A stretch of 34,745 bases of DNA from the IMG/VR virus record IMGVR_UViG_3300017747_000930, positions 1 to 34,745 of that record. One strand, written 5' to 3'. Below the pieces are notes generated by a model. It did not search any database. It saw only the letters and a program-made list of their open reading frames with translations, and was not told the origin of the DNA. The position numbers and the translations under genes are program-made. The stretch comes from a virus. Its lineage: Duplodnaviria; Caudoviricetes. Position 1 is the first letter of the stretch; every line of letters begins with the position of its first letter. This document shows, piece by piece, positions 17,357 through 26,852 of the stretch.

Positions 17357-19312
17357 TTATGGAGCGATAATTAATTGTGAAGCGGTCAACGCTCCGGTTG
17401 AAGGGTTAAATTGCAACTTTGTCGATGAAACGTAAGTTGTTGTCAAATTACCTGTCGTTTGGTTTGCAAACATCAAATAACGTGTGCCGTTAGTAGTTGT
17501 GTCATCCGTCACCGTTGCGTAAGCAGTCGCAGCCGCCCAAATAGCAGGTGAACCAGCACCGGCAGACGTTAAAACCTGACCTGCTGATCCAACTGAACCA
17601 TTAGCCGAAACCGTTGAAGTCGTTGACAACGTAGTAAATGAACCGGCTGCGGCAGTAGAACCGCCAATAGCCATGTTGTTAATTGTTCCGGCTGTCGCAG
17701 GATTAATGGTTAAAGTGCCAGTACCTGTCGGTGAAATTTGAATTGATGCGTTGGCAGGGTTCATATTGAACGCACCGTCAAGCGTCAAATTAACGCCACC
17801 ACCACCGCCCCATTGCAAACAATTACTGCCGCCAGACGTTCTTAACGCACCACCGGCAGAACTAACCGCATCAAAAAACGGACTAGCAACCCTTGTGCTG
17901 CCTGTAACCACAGTTCCAGTTATCGGGCCTGGCGACGTAAAAGTTCCAGTTGAATCGGCAAAACTCCAAGTTCTATTTACAGCACCTGTTGTGCCAGTTT
18001 TAACATTGACAAGACCATCACGCAAAGAATTAAGATTTGCGCCACTAGCTAATGACAAATCCAATTGGTTGCCGTCGTTAGTGCCGCCAACAATCAAATA
18101 TTGATTAGTGCTTAATTGACTGCCAAGACTAGCAGTTGTCAGCGTCATGCCTGTTAGCGTGTTTGTCCAAGTAGGAGCAGACGCACCAGCAACCATTGCA
18201 TAATTTGTCGTGCCAAGACCTAAAAAAGTTGTTGCACCAACAGCAGATTGGTAAGGAACCGAACCTGTAGCACCACCTGCAAGGTTTGTCGCAGTCGTTG
18301 CACTTGTTGCGGTTGCCGCAGTACCACCAATAGACAAACCGGCTGCTGTGCCAGTTAAACCAGTTCCAGCACCAGTAAATTGCGTGTTTGCTGTAACTGT
18401 TGTGCCTGTAACTGCGCCAGCGGTTGTGCCGCCAATTGTCGTGCCGTCAATCGTGCCGCCTGTAATTGCAACACTAGCAGCCGATTGCGTTGACATTGTT
18501 CCAAGACCAGACACTTGCGTATTAGCGATAGCAATAGCCGTATTGGATGCCGCTGTTAGCTGACCTTGTGCGTTTACTGTGAATGTTCCAACCTGCGACG
18601 CAGAGCCATAACTAGCCGCAGTTACAGCCGTATTTGATATGCTGAATTCGTTTGCGTTAAGACTAAGACCTGTGCCAGCCGTATAAACAGCCGCAACGCT
18701 AAAGTTTGACCAATTAATGGCTGTAACGCCAAGAGTGCCGCCTGGCTGTGCTGACGAATACCACGCCGAACCCGCTTGACCGCCTGATTCAACAAATACA
18801 ACTGCGCCTAAATACTCATCCCAAGTATCAGCGTCAGAAGCACGACTCCAAGCAGAAGCAGAAGCGACATAAATACCGTTTTGTGATGCGGTTGATTGAT
18901 TTTTGACTAAAACACGCTCACCGGCAGTCAAAGTAATAGTGTCAACTGTCAGCAAACCAGACAAAGTCGGAATATTTGCTGTACTAGATGCCCTTACCGC
19001 TTGTTTCCAACTCAATCCGGCAGCGACAAAGTCAACATAAGCCTTGTTTACTAGGTCATTGCTGCCGGTCGGAGTTGCTGAAACAGTTCCAGACGTAAAA
19101 GCAGCCGTTGATGGACTTGTTGCCCCAATGGTTGTGCTGTTTATCGTGCTGTTTGTGATCGTCAACCCGCTTTGAATTGGGTTGATATTGGCGTAAAACT
19201 CGCTGCCGGCAGGGCCAATTAGGCTGACCAACGTGTAGTTGGGTTCAGGGCCAAACACGCCCTGTACCGGAACAATATTAATTGTGGTGCTTTTGGCGAC
19301 TTCGTTGGTCAT
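17357..19312 (-). CDS. Long fibre protein
   Basis: NKAYVD, RVLVKNQSTASQNGIYV, YTAGTGLSL, VNAQGQLTAA and ITGGTIDGTTIG fibre motifs; Thr/Gly/Ser-rich. Confidence 0.85.
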   Translation of the reverse strand: MTNEVAKSTTINIVPVQGVFGPEPNYTLVSLIGPAGSEFYANINPIQSGLTITNSTINSTTIGATSPSTAAFTSGTVSATPTGSNDLVNKAYVDFVAAGLSWKQAVRASSTANIPTLSGLLTVDTITLTAGERVLVKNQSTASQNGIYVASASAWSRASDADTWDEYLGAVVFVESGGQAGSAWYSSAQPGGTLGVTAINWSNFSVAAVYTAGTGLSLNANEFSISNTAVTAASYGSASQVGTFTVNAQGQLTAASNTAIAIANTQVSGLGTMSTQSAASVAITGGTIDGTTIGGTTAGAVTGTTVTANTQFTGAGTGLTGTAAGLSIGGTAATATSATTATNLAGGATGSVPYQSAVGATTFLGLGTTNYAMVAGASAPTWTNTLTGMTLTTASLGSQLSTNQYLIVGGTNDGNQLDLSLASGANLNSLRDGLVNVKTGTTGAVNRTWSFADSTGTFTSPGPITGTVVTGSTRVASPFFDAVSSAGGALRTSGGSNCLQWGGGGGVNLTLDGAFNMNPANASIQISPTGTGTLTINPATAGTINNMAIGGSTAAAGSFTTLSTTSTVSANGSVGSAGQVLTSAGAGSPAIWAAATAYATVTDDTTTNGTRYLMFANQTTGNLTTTYVSSTKLQFNPSTGALTASQLIIAP

Positions 19313-19321
19313 AACGAATCC

Positions 19322-19669
19322 TTACGACTGATCTGCCATAGGTGTAATGTAAATAGTGCCTGTGCTTGCGCCAGAAGCTATAGCAGTTACCGAAAATGAA
19401 TTAGGTGGTACGGCAACAACCATCGGCGAAGGCATCGCAATGCCCAACACAATAGTTTTAGTTGGCGAACCAGCAGTCGGCATAACCGCAGCGTCAGCAG
19501 AAGTTGGAGCAATGTTTACAGCTACCGGAAAGCTATTTGTATTCAAAAAGCCGCAGTAGTTAATTTGATCGTTGCCAATTGGCGTGACTGTCAGCGCAGA
19601 AATAGACGTTGAACTAATACTAGCCGCATAAGTCGGGCCTATTGGACGGAAAACGGTGGTATTTGCCAT
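19322..19669 (-). CDS. Small beta-rich virion protein
   Basis: AAGGA RBS; position in the structural operon. Confidence 0.65.
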   Translation of the reverse strand: MANTTVFRPIGPTYAASISSTSISALTVTPIGNDQINYCGFLNTNSFPVAVNIAPTSADAAVMPTAGSPTKTIVLGIAMPSPMVVAVPPNSFSVTAIASGASTGTIYITPMADQS

Positions 19670-19711
19670 GATTTTTCCTTTAAAAACGCCACTATTTTAA
19701 GCGTTTTATAC

Positions 19712-19742
19712 AAAAAAGGGCGGTTTTTACGCCGCCCCTTTT
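19712..19742 (-). terminator. Intrinsic terminator after coat/decoration genes
   Basis: Minus strand GGGCGG-loop-CCGCCC followed by T6; T-tract on the other side too. Confidence 0.8.
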
Positions 19743-19758
19743 ATCTTACTTGCTCACA

Positions 19759-20061
19759 TTAAGCAGCAATCAAACCCAAGGATTTGAGTGCCTTAACAAC
19801 GTCGCCAATTGTGTAAGCTGTCGAACCTGTGCCGCCAGTAAACGTAGTGTTTACATAAACAGCAGTAGTCGAACCAGCGGTCACAGTTGTTGTGTTGCCA
19901 GCGGCTGTCGGTTGAGTTACGGCAGTTACGCCGAAAAAGCTAACAGGGCCACCATTAGGGGCAATAGCTGTACCGTCGGTCGAATCACCGTCGATCAGAT
20001 AATGCGGACTAGTGGTAGAAGCTGGGCCGTTGTTTGTGTAAGTGATAGGAGTGAGTGCCAT
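19759..20061 (-). CDS. Probable capsid decoration/head fibre protein
   Basis: Directly after coat and before the terminator; SFFGVTAVTQP and DVVKALKSLGLIA motifs. Confidence 0.65.
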   Translation of the reverse strand: MALTPITYTNNGPASTTSPHYLIDGDSTDGTAIAPNGGPVSFFGVTAVTQPTAAGNTTTVTAGSTTAVYVNTTFTGGTGSTAYTIGDVVKALKSLGLIAA

Positions 20062-20078
20062 AATAATTTCCCCTTAAA

Positions 20079-21323
20079 TTAAGCCGCGATACGGCAAGCG
20101 AGTTCAGGATACAACGGTGCCCAGCCATACAAAACATCAAGTCTTGTCGGAATGCTATCGTTGTTAATCGTATATTGCCTCACAACACGCATGGATAGAC
20201 CGATTTCCTTGTCGCTTGCACGACCAGCAAAGTGAACGCCTTCTGGCAACTCCAGGTCAGCCGTAGCTAATGTAAAGGCATTGCGGTGCATCAGAATGTT
20301 CTGAGGCGAAACGATACCGGTGTTGTTGAAAGGAGTAACAGTTTGTGAACCCGACGAAGTAACCGACACGTTCTGGAACTGACCGGCTGTGATAACAGCA
20401 GGAGAAACAGTAACGGTTGCAGTACTACCGGAACCAATAGCAGTCGTTGCAGTAACAACAAAGTTACGCAGCTTGTTTGAACCGTATGGTTGGCGGTTCT
20501 GTGGGTTGACAGCGTAAACGCCAGCGATTTGGATAACGTCGCCTTGGTTCAGAGTAGCAGCAGCACTTGTCGCGCCAATAGTGATTGACGAAGTAGAAGC
20601 CCAACCAGTTGTCAGGAAGCCAGTTGCAGTCGTTACGTTGCATGACAAAGTAGCAGAAGCGTATGAACCAAAAGTTTGGTTTACAACGTTCTGATCTAGT
20701 TTCCAGTTCATGCCACCAGAATCACGACCCATCAAGCCCTTGCGGTACTGTGCTGAAACGGCTTCTTGTGGAACAAACAGACCCTTCAAGCTATCAACAA
20801 TAGTAGCTGAAGTGAACGGCTCAACGATACATGAACGACGACCATCACGCGGTGCGCCTTCAGAATCAAGATAAGCAGCAGCGGTCAGATATGTAATCAA
20901 ACCAGTTGGCGGCGTGCCAGCAGTACCGACGATATTGGCGGTATTGTTTTTAGCCATCAACAGACCGTCGCGGTCTATCTTATTTGCTATAGCGGCAATT
21001 GCCGGTTTGAGAACACGATCTGAAAACATGTCAAGGCTCAAAGCCAAATCTTGAGTCGTGAACTGTGTGTCAACGTGGAACTGTGTACCCAAAGTAACAG
21101 GCACAGAAGTTTCGTTGAAATCTTCAACATTCAGCGCAGGGCCAGTAGTACCAATAAAACGACCTGGGCGACGTACATTAACGGTCGCGCCAATCTTGCC
21201 GCCAACTACCGCGAACTGATCGTCGTAGTTACGATCTACCTCGCTTGTGAATGTCAATTCATTCTCTAAAACCATTAACGCCTCGTTAGTGATCTTGCTA
21301 ATGGTAAGTAAAGTATTACTCAT
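20079..21323 (-). CDS. Major capsid protein, P22 coat (gp5) family
   Basis: KIGATVNVRRP, LKPAIAAIANKID, HRNAFTLAT, TRLDVLYGW; AAGGAG RBS. Confidence 0.95.
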   Translation of the reverse strand: MSNTLLTISKITNEALMVLENELTFTSEVDRNYDDQFAVVGGKIGATVNVRRPGRFIGTTGPALNVEDFNETSVPVTLGTQFHVDTQFTTQDLALSLDMFSDRVLKPAIAAIANKIDRDGLLMAKNNTANIVGTAGTPPTGLITYLTAAAYLDSEGAPRDGRRSCIVEPFTSATIVDSLKGLFVPQEAVSAQYRKGLMGRDSGGMNWKLDQNVVNQTFGSYASATLSCNVTTATGFLTTGWASTSSITIGATSAAATLNQGDVIQIAGVYAVNPQNRQPYGSNKLRNFVVTATTAIGSGSTATVTVSPAVITAGQFQNVSVTSSGSQTVTPFNNTGIVSPQNILMHRNAFTLATADLELPEGVHFAGRASDKEIGLSMRVVRQYTINNDSIPTRLDVLYGWAPLYPELACRIAA

Positions 21324-21350
21324 GGTAACTCCTTAAAAAAAATTGATTAG

Positions 21351-22253
21351 CTACCGAATCTTACCCGCTTGCCGCAATGCTCTCCATTGTGCCGGTGTAC
21401 CTGTAAATTCTCCGTTAGAAGAAATAGGAACATCTGCCATATTGGTAGCACCACGAATCGGATTGATCGGTGGCGGTGCTTTGCTCGTTCTTACCGCAGG
21501 AGATTTTTCCTCTGGCGAATCGCTGTAACGCGCTTCTAGCTTGCCCAATTCTTTAAGTGCTTGGGGCAACGGCATGCCGGCAACCTTCTTAGCGTATTCC
21601 TCGTTTTCAGCCAAGTGATAAAGAATCTTTGGCCCAACGTCGCTTTCGATAATGGCATCTCGTAAAACGTCGTGAATCGCAACGTCTGACGATGCTACCA
21701 TTTGGTCGTAATCTGGCATCTCAGCTTTGGCTTTCTGAACTCGTTCAGTCCAAGTCTTAATGACTTCGTTCTGACGCTCTGCTGCCTTAGCTTGCTCAAC
21801 CTGCTGCTTTTCAGCTTCAATCATTCGCCTTGCTTCAAACTTAGCTAAGTCCTTTGCATACTCAAAGGCATCGCTATAGTTCTCAGGCATTGGCTCATCA
21901 TTTGAAACCGTCTGCTGCTGTTGAGGCTGTTGCTCCAACGCCCTCAAACGTGCTTCTAAAGCTTCGCGCTGCTGACGTTCATTCGCCGCTTCTTGTTTTG
22001 CGGCATCACGCGCTTTGCTTAACTCAGAAAACCGTTTTTCAAGCTTTGGGTTTTGCTTCTTCGGTTTATCTTCTGCTTCCGCTTGCGTTTCTTCCCCGAC
22101 TTCCGGCTCTGGCTCACTCTGCGCTTGCTCTACAACCGGCTCCGCTTCTACGGCCTCAGTTGGTGCATCGGCAGCTAATCCAAGCTTTTGGGCATGAAAC
22201 TCAGCTAAATTTTCACTCGTTACTACGTTTGACGCTTCTCTTACATCGGACAT
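21351..22253 (-). CDS. Scaffolding protein
   Basis: Acidic coiled coil, GPKILYHLA, APPPINPIRG, basic C-terminal helix; GAGG RBS before ATG 22253; between portal and coat. Confidence 0.88.
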   Translation of the reverse strand: MSDVREASNVVTSENLAEFHAQKLGLAADAPTEAVEAEPVVEQAQSEPEPEVGEETQAEAEDKPKKQNPKLEKRFSELSKARDAAKQEAANERQQREALEARLRALEQQPQQQQTVSNDEPMPENYSDAFEYAKDLAKFEARRMIEAEKQQVEQAKAAERQNEVIKTWTERVQKAKAEMPDYDQMVASSDVAIHDVLRDAIIESDVGPKILYHLAENEEYAKKVAGMPLPQALKELGKLEARYSDSPEEKSPAVRTSKAPPPINPIRGATNMADVPISSNGEFTGTPAQWRALRQAGKIR

Positions 22254-22303
22254 GAGTTTCCTCAAGAATTTACCCAGTTTGCCTAACTGGTAAGGTTTTG
22301 CTA

Positions 22304-22332
22304 ATACTAACTTGGCTTAATCTATTGTGCAA
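22304..22332 (-). promoter_or_regulatory. Sigma70-like promoter for scaffold/coat with operator-like site in the spacer
   Basis: TTGCAC-17 bp-TAGTAT, containing AGATTAAGCCAAGTTAG. Confidence 0.6.
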
Positions 22333-24436
22333 GCGGGTTTTGCCCCTGATCTATGTCTGAAGCAGCTTGCATAGCGAACTGCGCTTGTTCCGCATTCCTA
22401 CGGTCAATTTCCATATTCAAACGGTTTGTGTCCATGTGGTGCAATAGCATTTGAACAATCGCTTCAATTTCAACCTTGTTCTGGCTAGTAATGGCTCTAG
22501 TATTTTGGTCATTGACCTTAACTTCAGCCATTGTTTCTGTGTTGTGCGCTTTGCTAGTCTGACGCATAAGTTCACGCTTGGTTTCTGCGTCCTGCTTAAC
22601 CTGCTCAACGTCTGAACGGTATTTCATAGCCATTTGCATTGCTTGCATTTCCTGCTGCATTTGTTGCACTTGCTGCTGTGCTTGCTGCATAGCCATTTGA
22701 ATCTGCGGTGGTACGTCCGATTTGTCATCAATCTGCGCAAGCGGGTTAGTAGCCGCTAAACGGTCAGCAATAATGTCTGCGTTCGGGAAGTCCATATTTC
22801 TAAACAACAGATCGCCGGCAACCTGACGCAATTCAGGGCTGCTTTCAAACAACGGCATCATCATGCCAACGGCTTCCTGACGCTTACTGTTGTAGCCAGG
22901 CCCTGTTTCCATCACAACATCATATTCGCCGACGGTTACATCATTCATGACACGACCAACAGCGTCGCGCTGGTTAATCGTCAGCAATTCTGGTTTGCCA
23001 TCGTCGCCAATGATGCGCATGACGCGCTCTGTGTCGTAAATCTTTGGTATCAAATCAAGGCAAATCTTGCCCACATGACCGATTGATCTTGTCAGGTTGT
23101 CGTAATAGTCGAAGTTTGTCAGATCAACCTGTTGCTGTTGACCGTTCAAAGCCTTGCCTGAAATATTGCCTTGACCAAGCTGATTTGGGTCAAATATGCC
23201 CATTACGGCCTGTAAATCGTCATTCACCGACTGCGCAGCGGTAATTACTCCCGCCGGTGGTGGCTCAGGCTGCAAACGCTGCGGTGCTGGTGCTGGTCTG
23301 CCTTCAATATCTGTTTGCTTATAACGCAAGTAAGGCGTTGATTTAATGTTAGCCATTGCCCAATCAGATTCATGGCCTTCGTCTTGCCCTTCAGCCATAA
23401 TCCACTTGGCTTTTGGTGCTAATGCAATGCTCTCAGTTAAGCTTGTCTGCCAGAAGTTATACATGCGTTGCGGGTCTTTGCCGAAGCGAACCATGCCAAA
23501 CTTTTTGCGCTTATCGCCAGTTACGGTCACACGACCATAAACAGGGACTAACGGAATGTATTTGCCAGGCCAATCACGTTCTTCGATAACCTGATAAGCG
23601 GTCAGCTTTACCCACTTGATAACCTTGCGGAAGCTGTCGCGGCGGCTAATAACTGTGATGCCCTGCGCTGCCATATCTTCCTTGGAAGGCAAATCTTCCT
23701 CGAAAGCGTGTTGACCATTGGAAAGTAGGTATAGCTTAGATTTCTTGCGCCATGTGTAAAAATATTCAGCAATGCGAATATCTTCCTTACTAATCCATTC
23801 GTTCTGTGCATCGCCTGTGCCACGCTGCGTAAAGCTTGCCCCATCGTCATAGCCAGGGTAAAGCTTGCGGAACGTAGTCTTAGGCATCATGGTTGTGATT
23901 AGACAACGGTCAGCATCGGAACCATCGGGCGCAACTGAATTAGGGTCGTAATAGACAGTAAAAGGGTTATCTACTGGCTCGATTGTTACTTTCTGGTCAA
24001 AACTATCTTCAGAAACGTAATCGCAATTAACGCGAATGAAGCCCCAACCCATGCGGACAGCGTAATCAAAAGCTGTGTCGTAAGCGTGATCTGCATTGGA
24101 ATCTACTTCAATATGCCGAATAACGCCTTGCACTACTTCTGCGTCGGCTGAATCTTGAACTGTGTTTGTAGCGTGAACTTTGATTCTTGGTCGCTGCTGA
24201 CGCTGTTGGTTAGCAACTTGGCGGCAGTAGGTATCAAGTTTGTTGATGGTCAGGATTGGGCGTGATTCTAAGTTGCGGCTGTTTTGCAACTCTACAGGCC
24301 ATTGGTCGCCGCCCACAAACTTCAAATCTTCAAGGGCTTCTTGCCGGTTCATTGTGTCGGCATCATTGGCAAACTTGAGGAACTCGATTGCCTCAGTAAT
24401 GATCGGGTCGCCTACGCCTTTTTGATTATCTGCCAT
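22322..24436 (-). CDS. Portal protein, P22-like
   Basis: GDQW, RPILTINKL, YIPLVPVYG, KDPQRMYN, ISGKA, GEYDV..GP...KRQ motifs; Q-rich C-terminal helix; 704 aa. Confidence 0.95.
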   Translation of the reverse strand: MADNQKGVGDPIITEAIEFLKFANDADTMNRQEALEDLKFVGGDQWPVELQNSRNLESRPILTINKLDTYCRQVANQQRQQRPRIKVHATNTVQDSADAEVVQGVIRHIEVDSNADHAYDTAFDYAVRMGWGFIRVNCDYVSEDSFDQKVTIEPVDNPFTVYYDPNSVAPDGSDADRCLITTMMPKTTFRKLYPGYDDGASFTQRGTGDAQNEWISKEDIRIAEYFYTWRKKSKLYLLSNGQHAFEEDLPSKEDMAAQGITVISRRDSFRKVIKWVKLTAYQVIEERDWPGKYIPLVPVYGRVTVTGDKRKKFGMVRFGKDPQRMYNFWQTSLTESIALAPKAKWIMAEGQDEGHESDWAMANIKSTPYLRYKQTDIEGRPAPAPQRLQPEPPPAGVITAAQSVNDDLQAVMGIFDPNQLGQGNISGKALNGQQQQVDLTNFDYYDNLTRSIGHVGKICLDLIPKIYDTERVMRIIGDDGKPELLTINQRDAVGRVMNDVTVGEYDVVMETGPGYNSKRQEAVGMMMPLFESSPELRQVAGDLLFRNMDFPNADIIADRLAATNPLAQIDDKSDVPPQIQMAMQQAQQQVQQMQQEMQAMQMAMKYRSDVEQVKQDAETKRELMRQTSKAHNTETMAEVKVNDQNTRAITSQNKVEIEAIVQMLLHHMDTNRLNMEIDRRNAEQAQFAMQAASDIDQGQNPLAQ

Positions 24437-25714
24437 TTATGCCATCCAATGCTGTGGCGCAACTTGCATTTGTCTGCGTTGGCTGCGCCTTGGTTCACTT
24501 ACCATCATTGCAACGTATTTGAAGGAATCCGCGCCATGACTGTAATGATCGTGTAGCGGCGTTCTGCCGAATTGCTTGGTATCTGGGTCAACTTCGTAAC
24601 GATAATGCCGCAGACATTGTAATCCATCGGCTGTGTTTTCACGATCAAAATAACATTTTGGGAAGATTGTACGCGCAGCATTAATACTGTCAACAGTTGG
24701 CACACGATCTAAAACTCTAGTTTTATAACCTGAGTTCCTAACTATTTCTTCTATGGTCATGCCAGCCGCTGCAAGCGTCTTAGCTTTGGCATCATGTGGT
24801 AGCCAGATTGTGTCGTACACATAGCCAAACGTCTGCAATGTGGCTAGGTAATGCGTCATGGTCTTTTGCGTGTCTTGCAAAAACCTTATCAATCTTATTT
24901 CCATGCCGATATATTGCACGAACCAAATTGCAGTATGGTCTGCCCAGCCAAGATCGAATACAGCGTGAACTGGCTTGGTTGGGTCATACGGAACTTTGGT
25001 AATCCTGCCATCAAACTCTGCTTGCTGCATTTGTTCGGCGAAGATTGCACCGTCAACCGTAACCCTGCATAAGCCTTCCCAAACATTATTGTAGGCTTGT
25101 AAATCTCTAACTTTTAGCTGGTCTTTTTCTTCGCGCAGGGTCTTTGGAAACCAAGGGTTATCCGACCAGTTGATCTTCTGAACTATGGCGTTGTCGGGCG
25201 CATGAATCACAAACCGTTGGTAAGTCTCGTCGGTTTCCAACTCAGGGTTAAACGTAATCCAAATCTCGCTGTTTTCTTTACGGATGGTAGGAATAAGCGT
25301 ATTCCAGCTTGACCGGCTAACCGTCTGCGCTTCCTCTACCCAGCAAATATCTACGCCTTCATAAGACTTTACGTTAGCAACATTGTTCTTAAGGCCAACG
25401 AAATTAAACTCTGAACCGTTCTTGCCCCTAATGGTTGCTTGAGTTACGTCATAAAAGGTTTCAAGCCCTAGTGCCAGTATTTGATCGCATAGCAGCTTAT
25501 GAACTGAGTCTTTTAGGGAAGTTTGGAATTCACGCGCACACAATATGCGGAGCGGGTCTTTAGCGGCAAGGATTAATAAGGCTCTGGCTACGCCCCAAGA
25601 CTTAGCACCGCCACGACCGCCAAATAAAACCTTGTACCTAGACTTTTCAAACAGTACCGACAGTTTCTCTGGAAATTCTGCCCTTCCTACTGCTTGCGCA
25701 ACAACGTCAGTCAT
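24437..25714 (-). CDS. terL: Terminase large subunit (PBSX-type)
   Basis: Walker A GGRGGAKS, Walker B WVEEA, TFNP motif, nuclease DLGWAD and SHGADSFKY. Confidence 0.96.
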   Translation of the reverse strand: MTDVVAQAVGRAEFPEKLSVLFEKSRYKVLFGGRGGAKSWGVARALLILAAKDPLRILCAREFQTSLKDSVHKLLCDQILALGLETFYDVTQATIRGKNGSEFNFVGLKNNVANVKSYEGVDICWVEEAQTVSRSSWNTLIPTIRKENSEIWITFNPELETDETYQRFVIHAPDNAIVQKINWSDNPWFPKTLREEKDQLKVRDLQAYNNVWEGLCRVTVDGAIFAEQMQQAEFDGRITKVPYDPTKPVHAVFDLGWADHTAIWFVQYIGMEIRLIRFLQDTQKTMTHYLATLQTFGYVYDTIWLPHDAKAKTLAAAGMTIEEIVRNSGYKTRVLDRVPTVDSINAARTIFPKCYFDRENTADGLQCLRHYRYEVDPDTKQFGRTPLHDHYSHGADSFKYVAMMVSEPRRSQRRQMQVAPQHWMA

Positions 25715-25982
25715 GCTGTGGCTTAATGAAAGTAACCTGAATGCCTTGCAGCAATGGTGCGCCTTCTGCGCCTGTTAGTTCTGTCTGCTGAACTGCTTTG
25801 CCATCAAGCCTGTCTAACAACTCTTTAACCGCCCAAGGCTCCATAGCTTCAGCGGCTGCAAATAAGCTTTCAGCTACATTGCGTAGCTTCTCTGGATTCT
25901 GAATGGCAATCTTACGCAGTTGGTCGTAAAACATTTTGCCCTTAGCTGCATTTGTATTGCCCAAAGGTGCGCCGGCTGACAT
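25707..25982 (-). CDS. terS: Probable terminase small subunit
   Basis: Overlaps the terL start; GAPLGNTNA N-terminus, ELLDRLDGK, ELTGAEGAPL tail. Confidence 0.7.
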   Translation of the reverse strand: MSAGAPLGNTNAAKGKMFYDQLRKIAIQNPEKLRNVAESLFAAAEAMEPWAVKELLDRLDGKAVQQTELTGAEGAPLLQGIQVTFIKPQHD

Positions 25983-25999
25983 ATTATTTTAATCCTTAA

Positions 26000-26143
26000 C
26001 TATTTGGTTTTCTTAGGTTTCTCTGCTGCACGTTTTGTCGAATAAGCAATAGCTACAGCTTGCTTTACTGGCTTACCCGCCTTTACTTCAGCTTTTATGT
26101 TTTCCTTAAAAGCTTTGTCAGATTTGCTATGCTTTAGCGGCAT
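26000..26143 (-). CDS. Small basic protein (47 aa)
   Basis: MPLKHSKS...KQAVAIAYS; ATG 26143 follows the upstream stop. Confidence 0.75.
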   Translation of the reverse strand: MPLKHSKSDKAFKENIKAEVKAGKPVKQAVAIAYSTKRAAEKPKKTK

Positions 26144-26144
26144 T

Positions 26145-26312
26145 TTATTTACCTTTTGCTGTCTTTGCAGATTGGATAAATGCTTCCTTAGTTGGTGCGC
26201 CTTTGCTGCCAACCTTGCGCATTCTTTCTACTGGCTTTCCCGCAGCTTTTTCAGCCTTGATGCGCTCTTGCTTCGCGTGAATATTGGCATAAAGCCCTTG
26301 TTTGGTAGCCAT
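26145..26312 (-). CDS. Small basic protein (55 aa)
   Basis: Manual translation MATKQGLYANIHAKQERIKAEKAAGKPVERMRKVGSKGAPTKEAFIQSAKTAKGK; TAATG coupling. Confidence 0.8.
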   Translation of the reverse strand: MATKQGLYANIHAKQERIKAEKAAGKPVERMRKVGSKGAPTKEAFIQSAKTAKGK

Positions 26313-26587
26313 TAGCAATTCCAGTTCTTTAAACTAGCCTTTGCACGTTCTGCGGGGCCTTTAGCTTTCTTGACTACGCCTTCCATCCTTGCGCAGAAGC
26401 TTGCTTTCCTGCCTTCGTCAGCCTTTGTCTTTGGGTTTGGTGCTGGTGGCTTTAAGTTTGAGTTGTTCTTGGCGTTGTATTCAGCACGACCTTTAGCGGT
26501 CATACCCGCACCTTTTTCGGTCGGGTTGTAAGTCTTACCTTTGCCAACAGTCTTATGTTCTATTGGTTTATCGTGCTTTTTTGCCAT
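26312..26587 (-). CDS. Small basic protein (91 aa)
   Basis: GAGMTAKGRA...RKASFCARM...WNC; GGAG RBS. Confidence 0.8.
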   Translation of the reverse strand: MAKKHDKPIEHKTVGKGKTYNPTEKGAGMTAKGRAEYNAKNNSNLKPPAPNPKTKADEGRKASFCARMEGVVKKAKGPAERAKASLKNWNC

Positions 26588-26636
26588 GTAAACTCCAAGA
26601 AAAATGCCTGTCTTTCCAGGCTGTCAAATCTTGCGA

Positions 26637-26852
26637 TTAGCTTGCTGAAATGGTTGCTAGTGTATCCACACGCTTCCAGTTAGTTCCGTCTGAAAACGCC
26701 ATTACAGGGCTTCCAGCCGCACCGTTTGATACATAAATCAATTGACCGGCAGGGCTAACAGCAGGAACCGTAGCTACTGTGTAAGCCGTAAACGCAGCCA
26801 AATCTAACGCAGGGTCAGCATAAGCTACCCCAACTGCCTTAGTGTTGCTCAT
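26637..26852 (-). CDS. Small beta-rich protein, possibly a virion fibre/decoration stub
   Basis: YTVATVP...GQLIYVSNG...AFSDGTNWKRV motif typical of fibre modules. Confidence 0.6.
   Translation of the reverse strand: MSNTKAVGVAYADPALDLAAFTAYTVATVPAVSPAGQLIYVSNGAAGSPVMAFSDGTNWKRVDTLATISAS

Noticed and set aside
14073-19312. Diversity-generating retroelement or invertible fibre cassette
   Set aside because: No reverse transcriptase, invertase or near-identical TR/VR nucleotide pair was seen; the repeats are diverged protein-level domains.
3886-25778. Numerous 60-130 aa ORFs antisense or out of frame within structural genes
   Set aside because: They are typical shadows of Gly/Ala/Thr-rich coding sequence, with no coupling, RBS or motifs, unlike the methyltransferase beta frame.
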